This document shows positions 23,161 to 35,524 of a stretch of DNA of 64,000 nt, in pieces (position 1 is the first letter of the stretch; every line of letters begins with the position of its first letter). The stretch is from positions 90,334,001 to 90,398,000 of the forward strand of contig NC_042998.1 in NCBI RefSeq assembly GCF_006345805.1. Reading direction: 5' to 3'. The translations under genes were made by a program, and so were the position numbers. The DNA is from Octopus sinensis (taxonomy: Eukaryota). Below the pieces are notes generated by a model. It saw nothing but the letters and a program-made list of their open reading frames with translations. It was not told the origin of the DNA and did no database searches.

Positions 23161-23577
23161 TGTAGTGATGCTACTGTGTAGGGTTCGGCGCGCATGCGCA
23201 GAATGGGACTACTTCCGGATGGCCACCGGAAGTCTTCCCCATGCGCATGTGCGGGAAAACGTTCCCTCGAGCCCGCGAAGCTCAAATCTCTCTCTTCGGC
23301 TAAGACAGCATTGCGATCGGTCATGAATTCCGGGATCTGACAGCCACACGACCAGCAACCAACTTCAACCAACTTCAACGACTAACACGAAGCAGTATAT
23401 CAGAGGCTGTCTTTCTCCCACCAGACAACGTGCTACATCGAAATCAATAAACCAAACTACTGTCTGTTCACCCTTTTAACCTGAGTTCGTCTGTATTGTT
23501 TTCTAGAATTTTATATGTGACTAGATCGGATATCGACACCCTTCCAGTACTTCGATAATAGATCCTTTCTCGTTACA
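23161..23577 (+). repeat. 5' LTR (417 bp)
   Basis: tgtagtgatg...cgttaca; differs from the 3' LTR by 3 substitutions and one 10-bp indel (manual comparison). Confidence 0.97.
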
Positions 23578-23579
23578 AT

Positions 23580-23589
23580 TGGTGACCCC
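23580..23589 (+). promoter_or_regulatory. Primer-binding site (TGGTGACCCC, tRNA-Trp type)
   Basis: Two nt after the 5' LTR; the PBS type characteristic of CsRn1-clade elements. Confidence 0.85.
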
Positions 23590-23954
23590 AAGTTGAAAAA
23601 AAAGAACAGGATAGAAGACACAGCGAACAGGTTTTGCCGGAGAGCGCTGAACATTCATTTTTTCTCATATTTTTCTCTTTTTCAGCACGGCGAGGTGGGT
23701 CAAATAACCTTATTCATAGCACTCAGTACACAAAACAAAAAAAAAAAACAAACAGAAAAATAAAGAAAACACACACATTCATTTTTCCTTTTCTGTATTT
23801 TGTTTTCCTTGTACACACACTTATTTTTTTTTTGCTACCCACGAGGTGCACACACAAACACAATTTTGAATTGCTTTGTCGGTTCCACGTGTTCTCTCTC
23901 CATTTCTCGACCATACTCTCTGCCCCCTTCTCACAGATTCCTTCCGACAAAGGC

Positions 23955-24689
23955 ATGGCTTCAGGTTTGCCTTCATTCACGGGGGATGCGGGGCTGTGGT
24001 TTGCACAGGTGGAATCACACTTTGCCGCGCATACCATTCCTCCACAACAGCAGTTACATCTACTGTATTCAAGTTTGCCCTCCCGGCTCGCAACATCGGT
24101 CGGGGATCTCATTGTGAGTCCCCACCCTGACGCCACATATGCGTCAGTAAAGGCGGAAATCCTCCGTCGCAATACGCGCTCAGAAGAAAGTCAGTTTAAC
24201 GAGCTGATGGCTGACGAGCAGTTAGGGGACAGAACTCCATCCCAGTTTCTGCGCCATCTAAGGGAGCTAAGCGGCAACGCAGCGGACGCGCCGCTCTTAC
24301 GTAAAATATTTTTTTCAAGGCTGCCTGCCCACGTGCAGACGATGTTGGCCACGGCACTGGATTCTGTGTCTGTGGACCAGATCGCCACGATGGCCGACAA
24401 GGTGTTGGAGTTTTCGCGCCCATCTCCCTCGCGGGGCCTGTACGCATGTACAGAGCCCCCTCCGACGAACGATAAACTAGCCGAGAACATCGATGCGCTT
24501 ACGCGGAGAATCGATGATCTGTGCCTTGCGATCGGACGCCAATCTCGCAGTCGTAGTCGCAGTAGCTCTATTTCCCGTAGTCGAAGTGACTCTGTTTCTC
24601 GTTCCGGCTGGTGCTGGTACCATTCGAAGTATGCCGAAAAGGCAGATCGGTGTACCCAGCCGTGCACTTTCAAGCCCTCGGAAAACTAA
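23955..24689 (+). CDS. gag: Gag (244 aa) with CHCC motif
   Basis: MASGLPSFTGDAGLWFAQVESHF...LGDRTPSQFLRHL...CWYHSKYAEKADRCTQPC (C-X2-H-X9-C-X3-C); intact ORF. Confidence 0.92.
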   Translation: MASGLPSFTGDAGLWFAQVESHFAAHTIPPQQQLHLLYSSLPSRLATSVGDLIVSPHPDATYASVKAEILRRNTRSEESQFNELMADEQLGDRTPSQFLRHLRELSGNAADAPLLRKIFFSRLPAHVQTMLATALDSVSVDQIATMADKVLEFSRPSPSRGLYACTEPPPTNDKLAENIDALTRRIDDLCLAIGRQSRSRSRSSSISRSRSDSVSRSGWCWYHSKYAEKADRCTQPCTFKPSEN

Positions 24690-24720
24690 ATCCGGAGGAG
24701 GTGAGCACGTCACCTTCTTC
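24680..24720 (+). promoter_or_regulatory. Predicted -1 ribosomal frameshift signal (GGAAAAC + 7-nt spacer + 11-bp stem-loop)
   Basis: pol is in the -1 frame relative to gag; slippery-like heptamer 24680-24686 immediately before the gag TAA; stem 24694-24704 / 24710-24720. Confidence 0.7.
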
Positions 24721-27700
24721 CATCTCGTTTCCCAAACATCGTGCATTCTTTGTAAAAGATCTGGTGTCGAAGAAATTCTTCATGGTGGACACCGGCTCCT
24801 GTTGCAGCATCTGGCCCCTTCGTCTGGCTGCAGACAAGCCCAAGCGCTCTTCGATTGTCTTGCATGCTATTGACTCGTCTCCCATAACCACTTACGGTCA
24901 GATTTCGCTGCGCCTCGACGTCAACCTTCGTCGAGACTTTCAATGGGTTTTCGTCATCGCTGACATCCCGCATCCTATTCTCGGCGCTGATTTCCTGGAT
25001 AGGTTTAATCTATTGGTGGATGTCAGGCGTCGGAGGCTTCTTGATAGCACGACGTCGCTCTCTACACCGACTGGGAGTTCCACCACTGCGGTCCTTAGCC
25101 CGACATTCTTTGTTGCCACCTCTGGTGACCCTTTTCACTCTCTTTTGGTTTCATTTCCGGAGCTAGTGGACATTGCCTTTAAACCGGAAAAGCCTACCCA
25201 CTCGACCCTCCATTTCATCACCACCACTGGGCCACCTGTATTCTGACGCCCCCGGCGCCTAGCGCCAGACCGACTAAAAACGGCCAGAGCCGAGTTTGAG
25301 CACATGCTTCAACTTGGCCTTATACGCCCCTCCACCAGCCCTTGGGCATCTCCCCTTCATTTGGCGCGAAAGGGCGAGTCTGATTTTCGCCCGGTTGGAG
25401 ACTATCGACGCCTCAATGCCGTCACAATAGCCGACCGCTATCCGATTAGAAATCTCCAGGACTTTACGGCAAATCTCCATGGTTGTACCATTTTTTCGAA
25501 GGTCGACCTCATACGCGCTTACCACCAAATACCGGTCAACCCAGCCGACGTTCCAAAAACTGCGATCACTACCCCGTTTGGGTGTTTTGAGTTTTTGTAC
25601 ATGAGTTTCGGTTTGCGGAATGCTACTAGCACCTTCCAGCGTTTCATTGATGAGGTTGTCCGCGGTCTTGATTTTGTGTTTGCCTATGTCGATGACATAC
25701 TCATTGCGAGCGACACACGAGAAAATCATCTCCGGCACCTTTCTCAACTCTTCCAGCGTCTTCGCGCGTATAGTATACGCATATATCCCGACAAGTGTGT
25801 TTTCGGACGCTCTTCCCTAGATTTTCTAGGGCATCATATTGATTCGACTGGAATCAGCCCCCTCTCGTCAAAAGTCGATGCCATTCAACGCATCGCACCC
25901 CCCACTTCCTTGCGCCAGCTCAGGCATTATCTAGGGATGATCAATTTCTACCGACGTTTCATTCCCGGTTGTGCAGATAAGCTGCTACCTCTCACCAGGC
26001 TGTTAAAGGACTCTCCTAGAAAGGACAGTCAAGTCACCCTCTCTGTTGAGGCAGTGACAGCCTTTGAGTCCATTAAGAAGGAGCTGGCTTCTGTTTCTTT
26101 GCTTGCACATCCAGTTCCTGGTGCTTCTCTCTCTTTGACTGTGGACGCATCGGACACTGCGATTGGCGCTGTGTTACAACACACAGTGGATGATCATGTT
26201 CGACCTCTAGCCTTCTTTTCCCGTCAACTGCAACCAGCTGAACGACGATACAGCACCTTTGATCGTGAGCTCCTAGCGATCTATCTATCTGTTCGTCATT
26301 TCCAGCATCAACTTGAAGGGCGAGATTTTGTGATCTATACGGATCACAAGCCCCTTACGTTTGCCCTGTTTTCAAAAACGGACAAACTCTCACCCCGTGC
26401 TTTTCGGCACCTGGATTTTATCTCTCAATTCACTAGCAACATTCGACACATACCTGGAAAAGAGAACGTTCCTGCTGACGCTCTCTCTCGCCTTCCAGTT
26501 TGCGCCCTTTCGTCTCCTGCTGCTATCGACTTAGCTGCCATATCGCAGGAGCAGCCACCTTTGGCGTCGTTAGATTTAACTTCTCCCAAGTTCTCCTGTT
26601 GCCAGTTTTCCTACCTTCCGCTTCCGTCAGCCGAAGGCACCATTCTTTGTGACACTTCCACTGGTTCTCCCAGGTCACTGGTGCCTGAGAACCATCAACG
26701 CTCAGTGTTTGAAGCACTGCACTCCTTATCACATCCTGGCATCGCTGCCACCCTTAAACTAATCACTGCTCGGTTTTTCTGGCCGAATATGCGTCGCACT
26801 ATTACTTCTTGGACACGCACCTGCTCCAAGTGTCAACGATCCAAGATTCAACGGCACATTCGTGCCCCGCTTGGACAATTCCCCCCCCCCACCGGAGGCC
26901 CGTTTTCGCCATGTCCACATCGATCTGGTTGGACCATGGCCTGTGAGTCGCGGGTTCTCTTATCTATTAACTTGTGTCGATCGCTTCTCCCGCTGGCCAG
27001 AAGCCATTCCGATAGCAGACATTTCTGCTGAGACTGTTGCGCGAGCTTTCGTTTCAAACTGGATTTCTCGCTTCGGAGTCCCGTCCCGATTGACAACTGA
27101 TCGTGGACGTCAGTTTGAGGCCTCGCTATTTCGCGAATTGTCGCGAATTTTGGGTATGCACCATATCCACACCACAAGCTACCATCCAGCGTCTAATGGA
27201 TTGGTTGAGCAGTTCCATAGACAGCTCAAGGCCGCTCTTCGTGCCTCTTCAGACCCACAGTCCTGGATTGAATTTTTGCCCATTGTACTTCTCGGCTGTC
27301 GGACTGCTGTCAAGGCAGACCTGGGGTTTTCTGCTGCAGAGCTGCTGTATGGTACCACACTGGCATTGCCTGGTACGATGTTGGTGCCAGACACTTCCCA
27401 GCCCCATGATCCGGCGACCTATGTCACCAGACTGCGGGCATATTTTTCGAACCTTCCACCCATGGTTCCCAGAAAGCAATCTCCACCGTCCCATCTTCCA
27501 CCGGATATGAACACCTGGTCGCATGTTTTTGTTCGGGACGACTCTGTGAAGGGCCCACTTGTTTCTCCCTACAAAGGACCTTTTCGTGTGCTTTCTCGCA
27601 CACCAAAGGTTTTCACGATTGAGATAAATGGTCGTTCGGAGACCGTTTCCGTGGACCGTTTAAAAAAGGCACATTTTGAGACGTCTTCATCTTTTGATGA

Positions 27701-27920
27701 CAACCTTGACACACCCACCTATGCACCTTTAACAACACTTTCACCTGCACAAACGCCTTCACCTGCACAAACACCTTCACCTACACAGACGCCTTTGCCT
27801 TCACCGGCTCCTACAACACCACCCTCGCCGTCAACGGGTGCCCCGAGCACACCGTATGTTACAAAATCGGGCAGAACAGTGCATTGGCCCAAGAAACTTT
27901 CAAAGACAATCTACATTTAA
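24680..27920 (+). pseudogene. pol: Pol (protease, RT, RNase H, integrase) with one in-frame TGA and one +1 frameshift
   Basis: PR VDTGS; RT FAYVDDILIAS; RH TVDASD; IN HxxxHPG..C..C and HIDLVGP; GPY/F-like SPYKGPF; TGA at 25244-25246; extra C in the C10 run at 26881-26890. Confidence 0.93.
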
Positions 27921-28039
27921 CTTTCTTTCAAAATTTTTCTTGTTGTATGATATTATGTACCAAGTCTTCTGGGGGATCGGCAAGCCTTCTGTTTTCTGCA
28001 GCACCACCACAAATTTTCTTGTTGCCGTACTTCGCACTC

Positions 28040-28048
28040 GGAGGGGAG
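28040..28048 (+). promoter_or_regulatory. Polypurine tract
   Basis: ggaggggag three nt before the 3' LTR. Confidence 0.85.
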
Positions 28049-28051
28049 CCC

Positions 28052-28458
28052 TGTAGTGATGCTACTGTGTAGGGTTCGGCGCGCATGCGCAGAATGGGAC
28101 TACTTCCGGATGGCCACCGGAAGTCTTCCCCATGCGCATGTGCGGGAAAACGTTCCCTCGAGCCCGCGAAGCTCAAATCTCTCTCTTCGGCTAAGACAGC
28201 ATTGCGATCGGTCATGAATTCCGGGATCTGACAGCCACACGACCTTCAACCAACTTCAACAACTAACACGAAGCAGTATATCAGAGGCTGTCTTTCTCCC
28301 ACCAGACAACGTGCTACATCGAAATCAATAAACCAAACTACTGTCTGTTCACCCTTTTAACCTGAGTTCGTCTGTATTGTTTTCTAGAATTTTATATGTG
28401 ACTAAATCGGATATCGACACCCTTCCAGTGCTTCGATAATAGATCCTTTCTCGTTACA
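28052..28458 (+). repeat. 3' LTR (407 bp)
   Basis: Direct repeat of 23161-23577. Confidence 0.97.
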
Positions 28459-31400
28459 AATGTAAGGTCTATTTTATCCTATTATTTAAAAAGGGGTAAA
28501 TGTCTCAAACAATTATTGGGGTGGGAGCAGGTATCTTTTAATTTGAGAACCACCTATTAAACGTAGTTAATAGTTTTGTTGTTGTTATTTGAATAGGCAA
28601 AAAAAAATGGTCCACAATTTAAGGAGACTGAGTTTGTGATGTTGTGACTTCCATGTTCTTTCCTAAGTACTCTTCGGAAATGGAAGTGAAATGACTTAAA
28701 CTAGGGAAATAAAAAGAGGTTCCCTTCAGCCAGAAGCTTACTTGATATTCTGTCGCTGGCTACATCCAGTTATTGTCGCTGCTGCTACTGTTGTTGTTGT
28801 TGTTGTTGCTGCTGCTGCTGCTGCTGCTTAGCCCCTGACCAACCCAAATCGAACAGATTTATGATCAAAGGCGTGCCACACGTGCTTATCTTGTCTTTTC
28901 AATAGTATCTATAACTATATTATGCAATGGTTAAATACAAAATGAAGAGACAAATAAAGTAGAGCCAAAGATCTCATTTTTAAGATTGTAAATACAGCTT
29001 TTTTCGCTGCTTATTCAAGAAGAAAGGACACTGCTCGTGGTCTTTACAAGACCTCTATGATTGTGATCGGGAGGGATGGGATAAGATATCCTCAAATCAG
29101 AGAACTAGCCCGAATGTTTTCAACAAGGTTACCTCCTCCTGTAAAGGATTTGAAGGTCACGTAGTGGTGTTAAATCGGACGACCAGTTCCCTTTCTCTGG
29201 ACCTGTACTTTATTTTATCGACCCTGTAAAGAGAAAAGGCAAAGTTAATCTCGGTGTGATTTGAACTCAGAACGCGCAAGTAGCCGGAACAAATACCATG
29301 CCAATTCGCCACCAACGGAATTTATATGAAGAAATATGGCAAGGGGAAGTGTAAAAATTCTTTAATAAAGATAATGTTATGAATACAAAGGTATTTTATG
29401 TAAAGAAAAGGTGAAAAAATGGCAAGAATCAAAGAGAAATTTGAAAATATTTTTTTTTTAATCTTTTACATGGAAGAATGACAGTTTCCGTGTCCCTTTC
29501 CTACAATGGTTCTCAACCAAGGTCCATATGACACGTGGGTAGGGGAGGTTCATATAATATTTTTGAGCACCCACAGTAGTATATTAAAATTCCATGAAAA
29601 AGTTTTGCTTTAGACGTATTTATTGGAAGAAATAACTCAGTTTTTTTCTCTAACATTTTACATAGTTCAAACTACACAAGTGAATGTGTGGAAAAACAAA
29701 ACAGGAATTTGGGAAGGCATCTCTAAATTTAGTTTTAAACATCGAGTGGCCCACTAGAGTAAAATAGAAATCAAAAGGGTCAATAGGTAGAAAAAAGAAA
29801 CGGTTGAAAAACCATCGCTTTACAGAGTCTCCGAGACCGATAAGAGGTGGATAATACCCAAACCGGGTCCAAATGTTCGTAATTGGCGATCCTAATGCTT
29901 ACAAGAGTAAGTCCCGCTAAAACCTCAAAGAAATGAGATGGTTGTGTTAAACGGGTGACAGATTACATCTACCACCTGTGAATACTATAACAGGATTTGA
30001 ACTCAGAACGCAAGGAACTGGGGAAAATACTGCAGGGCTTCCGGTTTGATGTTCTTATAGTTCCGCCCAGTTCAGTATTCTGGGTTGATATATTTTTATC
30101 GATCCCGGAAGAATGAAAGACAAAGCTGACCTCGGTGAGATTTGAAATCAAAACGCAAGACTAACGACTCTGCCATAGAAGAAAACGGTAGAAATGCAAC
30201 TTTTAAAAATTGAATGATAAATAACTTTTTTTTCCACAAAAGCTAGTAATTTCAGAGGAGCTGGGTGTTCGTCAATACTCTCGATCCCAGCACTTAACTG
30301 GTACTTTATGAACCCACGAAAGAAGGAAAGGCAAAGTTGATAACGGCAGGATTTGAACTCAGAACGTATAGAACTGAAAGAAGTGCTGCTCAGCATTTTA
30401 CACAGCGCGCTAACAATTCCGCCAGCTGACCGCCTCAGGGAATAATAAACATTAAAAATGTGTTTTAAATAAGGAGATAGATGAGAAAATGGTAAGAATA
30501 AAAAGAAAAATTTGTAACAGATTCTGACAATGACCTCAATAACAAGATGAATAGTGAAATATGTACCTAGGTATTTAATGTGTTGGACAAAATCTCTTTA
30601 ATTAATCGAAACTATACGTGTATCAAGATGAGGTAATGATTCTTAATGGAACCTTAATTGAAGTCGAAGGGAGGCAACTCATAAAAAAGTTTTGGAAAGT
30701 ATTGACTACCAAGTCAATTTTTTGAAAAAGTTAAAATTGCTGTAAAGATATCATCTTGTTACCATAGCTGTTTAATTAAGATCATCCCGATCAGTGGCAG
30801 CTCGTGTATAGGCACTGCGGAACTGCAGCAGCCCCTATTTCTACTCTATATTATCGGTAACATTCAATATAATGAGTTCTTTTTCTTTAATTCTTTCTTT
30901 ATACTTGTACATTATATGAACCTTAAGCTTTATGTGAGTAACCATCCCCTGGTTTATGAATAAAATACAAAAATCTTTGTCTAGAACTGTGTACTTTACA
31001 GTTTCAGCGACGCGGTGTTTGGCTGTTGTGCGCATGCTCACATGTCCGAGATAGGAAGCTTCACGCTAGGGAGAGAGAGCACTGCGTGCAATGACAGTGC
31101 CTACCCCGGTGTTCCGGTGAAAGGTAATGTTTCTTTTTGACTCCGCGTGTGTTGTGCTCAAAAACGTGTTTATATTCTTGAATGTGATAAAGTGTAGAAT
31201 TAGATTATTATCCTGCTTCCAGCTTCAGTGTTGCTGCCAGGATTTGAAAAATAGGGCACATTTCCTACCCTTATTTGTGATTTAGGTGGGGATTTTTGAA
31301 AAACAAGGGTGAATTCGCGACGGTGTTCGGTGAACAAATTAAACAAACTGCCCGGCAGTGGCTAAAACACGAACTGATCAAGTTTATGCATAAATTTTCT

Positions 31401-31867
31401 TTTTATATCTTTGTTTCCTTTTACATAATATTAAAGCAACGGCTAAAACTTTTCTGAAGCAGCACCCCAATCATTTTTATCTACGAGCCGCCACTTTAAG
31501 CAGGTAGAACGAGTATATAGAAGAACCCTCATTTGCTCGAGGCACCATGTTGTTAATGTTGATACTAATCATGAAGAGGACACTGATCAAACAGACCAAT
31601 GACCCAAACACTTATCAGTCATGACCATTCCTCCATTTTATTTTTCTATTATCGCTATTATTATGTAAGAAATTGTGAAATTGCTAGAGCGTCGAACAAA
31701 ATGATTAGTGGCATTTCTTCTGGCTCTTTACATTGTGAGTTTAAATTCCAGCGAGACTGATTTTGTTTTACATCCTTTCGTGGTCGATAAAATAAAGTAC
31801 CAATCAAGTACTGGGTCGATACAAAAATTTGAAACTGTACAAAATTTTGAAACTATTATATTTACTA

Positions 31868-32942
31868 TCATTGAGTGAAAGAGTCGTTCATGCCATCAAA
31901 GTGACACTGGGGTAAAATATACGAAGCCCAGTATACCCATCATGACTACCTGTCTGATAAGGGTACACTAGGCACATGCATCACAACCAAATGTGCGTGA
32001 CATGATGATCTCATATCAAGATAAACAGCACATGAACTTGCAGGTGGGGCCCAGTTAGTTTTTACTTCTGGTCGAGTAACCCATCCCGCTCAAAAGGTCC
32101 CTGAATAAGGATTGTTTAAGGATGTTGAATGAAACACCTATGTTTCCAGAGGTGAATTACCCAAACCTCTAAGAATTCCTTTCAACACATGGCTATGATG
32201 CTCCCCCACTACTTCTGCTCATGATCAGAGACGCACATATCGTCAGCCACTAAGGGACATGCTCAACTGGTTATGGTCAAGCAACTGACAAGCAAATCTG
32301 TGGTATTGAGCAGAATATTTGCTGTAGCATATCTTTTACACCAAGACAAAACAATGTACATGATAACACTTCCAATCAGTTAAGATGAGAAGCCATGACA
32401 ACCACTGCCTGGTACTGCATCAGGGCATTTATTATTATTGTTGTTGTTGTTGTCATCATTGAGTGAGAGAGAGCAGTGCATGCCATCAAAGTGACACTGG
32501 GGTAAAATATATGAAGCCCAGTATACCCATCGTGCCTACCTGTCTGATAAGGGTACACTAGGCACATGCATCACAACCATATGTGCGCGACATGGTGATC
32601 TCATATCAAGATAAACAGTACATGACCTTGCAGATGGGGCCCAGTTAGAATTTTCTTCTGGTCGTGTAACCCATCCCGCTCAAAAGGTCCCTGAATAAGG
32701 ATTGTTTAAGGATGTTGAACGAAACACGCATGCTTCCAGAGGTGAATTACCCAAACCCCAAAGAATCCCTCTCAACACATGGCTATGATGCTCCCCCACT
32801 ACTTCTGCTCATGATCAAAGATGCACATATCGTCAGCCACTAATGGACATGCTCAACTGGTTAAGGTCAAACAACTGACAAGCAAATCTGTAGTATTGAG
32901 CAGAATATTTGCTGTAGCCCATTTTTATACCAAGACAAAACA
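31868..32942 (+). repeat. Head-to-tail pair (~587-bp period) of a retroposon-like 3' fragment with a simple-repeat tail
   Basis: tcattgagtga...catgccatcaaagtgacactggggtaaaatat at ~31868 and ~32455; first copy ends in (ATT/GTT)n. Confidence 0.8.
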
Positions 32943-33925
32943 ATTCATACTTGAATATCACAATCATTTAATTGTATTTGTATGTATATGTGTGCGTACG
33001 TATGTACGTGTGTGTGTATGTGTGTATGTGTGTGTACGTATGTATGTATGCAAGCTATATATACCTGCATGTGCAGGGGTGATAATACATACAGATACAC
33101 GTATATATGGGTGTGCGTGTGTACATATACATATGAGTACATATTGTATGTGTATGTGTTGATGTGTATAAATATCTATATACATGTTTAATAGATGCAT
33201 GTGTATACATCTTCCCATATATATATTCTACAACTAAGCGCTGACCTATCGTCTGAGTAACCTAACCCATATTCCCAAATTCTTCATTCCACCTTTTTAC
33301 TACCCCTACTCTCTCTATCTTCCCCCTCACTTAGGCTCTATCACTACATACCTGACACTCCTTTACTATTTACCCTCTCATCTTTTTACACTCTCATATC
33401 TTTATCTCTCTATCACCCTCACCCCCATTCCTTCTACCTGACACTCCTTTACTCTTTACACTCTCATCTCTTTACACACTCATATCTTTCTCTTTCTGTC
33501 ACCCTCATCTACCCATTCCTTCTATCAATTTATCCTGACTGACCACTAACCAGTACACTTTCCCTCTCTTCATTTCTCTGTGATCTCTCTCCCCGCCTTC
33601 CATTTTTTTGTTCTTTCCTTTCTTTTTTCCTCTCTTCCTGTTTTTGATTTGACCTTACAAACACATTCCCAACTTTTAAGTCGCTTCAAAAAACCCTTGA
33701 TTCAATAACACCGTTTATAAACTCTATGCTTGGAATGACCAATTTTAAAAACTATTGGGACGTAATCACAAGGTACAGGAATATTTTATGTATACCATTC
33801 TGCCTAAGTAATGGAACTGAAGATACAATATTCCTGCATATCTCACGTCTATTTTCATTCTTCCACTTCACTCTCTATTTCATATCTTATCTAGAATAAC
33901 TATTGCGTAACCATTTTCTCACAGC

Positions 33926-33973
33926 GTCTCCGATGAAGGGATATATAAAATATTCCGGAAACAGCTGTAAGAC
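33926..33973 (+). ncRNA. Degenerate Penelope-type minimal hammerhead (U4C)
   Basis: GUCU-CCGAUGA-a-GGGAUAU-auaaa-AUAUUCC-g-GAAAC-AGCU-GUA^AGAC; palindromic helix III ACAGCUGU; lies after a long pyrimidine-rich tract. Confidence 0.6.
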
Positions 33974-34196
33974 ATTCTATTTATAAATGTTCTGAAATCT
34001 TTCACAGCCTTGGATTTTTATCTCATTCTGTTAATTTTTTTATATATACGCATGCTGATATATGACCTACGCTGGACTCCTCATTCGCATAATCACAGAA
34101 CCTGGGGCTTAACTATAGCCTGTCCATGGCACTTACTCAGCATTACCTGACACCTTTGGTCTTTTTGACATCATTACCTCTCAAAACCTCAATATG

Positions 34197-34280
<84 letters not shown>

Positions 34281-34942
34281 ATAAGACGACATTGGCCTGA
34301 AGCCTCCAGTTCATTCCTGCATCTAAATATAAAGAAACCCAGTCACATTCATCTCTGAGTTGCTACAGCTTGGCGTTATAACTGTCAGTATTGTGTGATA
34401 GTCGATTCAACTCAGAGAGAAATGAAGTTTGAATATGGCGCATGCTTGGCAACACTGCGTTGCATCGTCTTCTTTTTGTGTAAATTTCACAGAGATTTAG
34501 TTACTATTTCTAGCAGATCGATCGACCCTGGCGGTGGCGGTGGCAGTGGCGGCGGCGGTGGCGGTGGCGGTGGTGGTGGTGATGGTTATACAGTAAATAT
34601 GAGTAAAAGACGTGACGTCAAAAGTGGTTTCATGCCATGTTTTCCGTCTCAGAAGAAACATTTTAGACGACCAACGGGAGTTACCTCCCTTATACTATTG
34701 TTGAGAATTTAAGCAATGATCTTTGGCGCAAGTCTTCTTGTAGGGAGGTAGAAGAAAATTGAATAGAGCGCAATATTTTAATTCTAATTCTTATATCGAT
34801 TTCTCAGACTTAATAAAAGTCAGATCAACACTTGGTGGATTTCACTTTAGAAAGATACAAAAATAATTATCGCGAAGTAATTATGATGGCTCTCACGCAA
34901 AAATTCCGTCAACAGAGTTACTTATGTTCACTTTATATTTTT

Positions 34943-35524
34943 TTTCTACTCTAGGCACAAGGCCCGAAATTTGGAGTAAAGGGCCAGTCGATTTGATCGA
35001 CCCCAGTAAGCAACTGGTACTTAATTTATCGACCCCGAAAAAATGAAAGGCAAAGTTGACCTCGGCTGAATTTGGTATCAGCCGGAATATTTATCTTAAT
35101 TATCAATATTAATATTTGGTTTCAAATCTTGGCACAACTTCAGTAATTTCAGGGGAGGGGTTAAGTCGATTACATCGATCCCAGTGGTCAACTGGTACTT
35201 GTTTTATCGATCCTGAAAGGATGAAAAGCAAGGTCAACCTCGGTGAATTTGAACTCTGGACGTTAAACCGAACGAAATGTCGCTAAGCATTTCGCCCGAC
35301 GTGCTTACGATTCTGCTAGTTCGTCACCAATTATGAATGAATCTGGTAAATGGAAACTGTACGGAAGGCCACCAGATATTTTGTGACTGTAATTAAAAGT
35401 TACGACTTTGTCATACTGAATCTACTCGGGTATTATGTTTAGGGGGACTCAGAACATAAAGACAGATGAAATACCGCTAAGCATTTCGCCCGGCGTGCTA
35501 ACGTTTCTGCCAGCTCGCTGCCTT
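34943..35524 (+). mobile_element. SINE-like repeat split by an inverted duplication (5' part to ~35074, 3' part from ~35447)
   Basis: The family sequence gaatttgaactcagaac (intact at 42959 and, on the minus strand, ~36140) is interrupted between gaatttg and actcagaac. Confidence 0.8.

Larger units (their letters stand above)
23161..28458 (+). mobile_element. Full-length Ty3/Gypsy LTR retrotransposon, CsRn1 clade, 4-bp TSD AATG
   Basis: Two LTRs (TG...CA); TSD at 23157-23160 and 28459-28462; tRNA-Trp-type PBS; CHCC Gag; PR-RT-RH-IN order; PPT. Confidence 0.97.

Noticed and set aside
25244-25249. Programmed readthrough of TGA-C in pol
   Set aside because: The stop lies mid-pol, where related elements are expected to have a sense codon; a point mutation (e.g. 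CpG decay) is simpler
34395-34712. Poly-Gly ORF
   Set aside because: Produced by a (GGC/GGT)n trinucleotide repeat; the flanks show no coding signal
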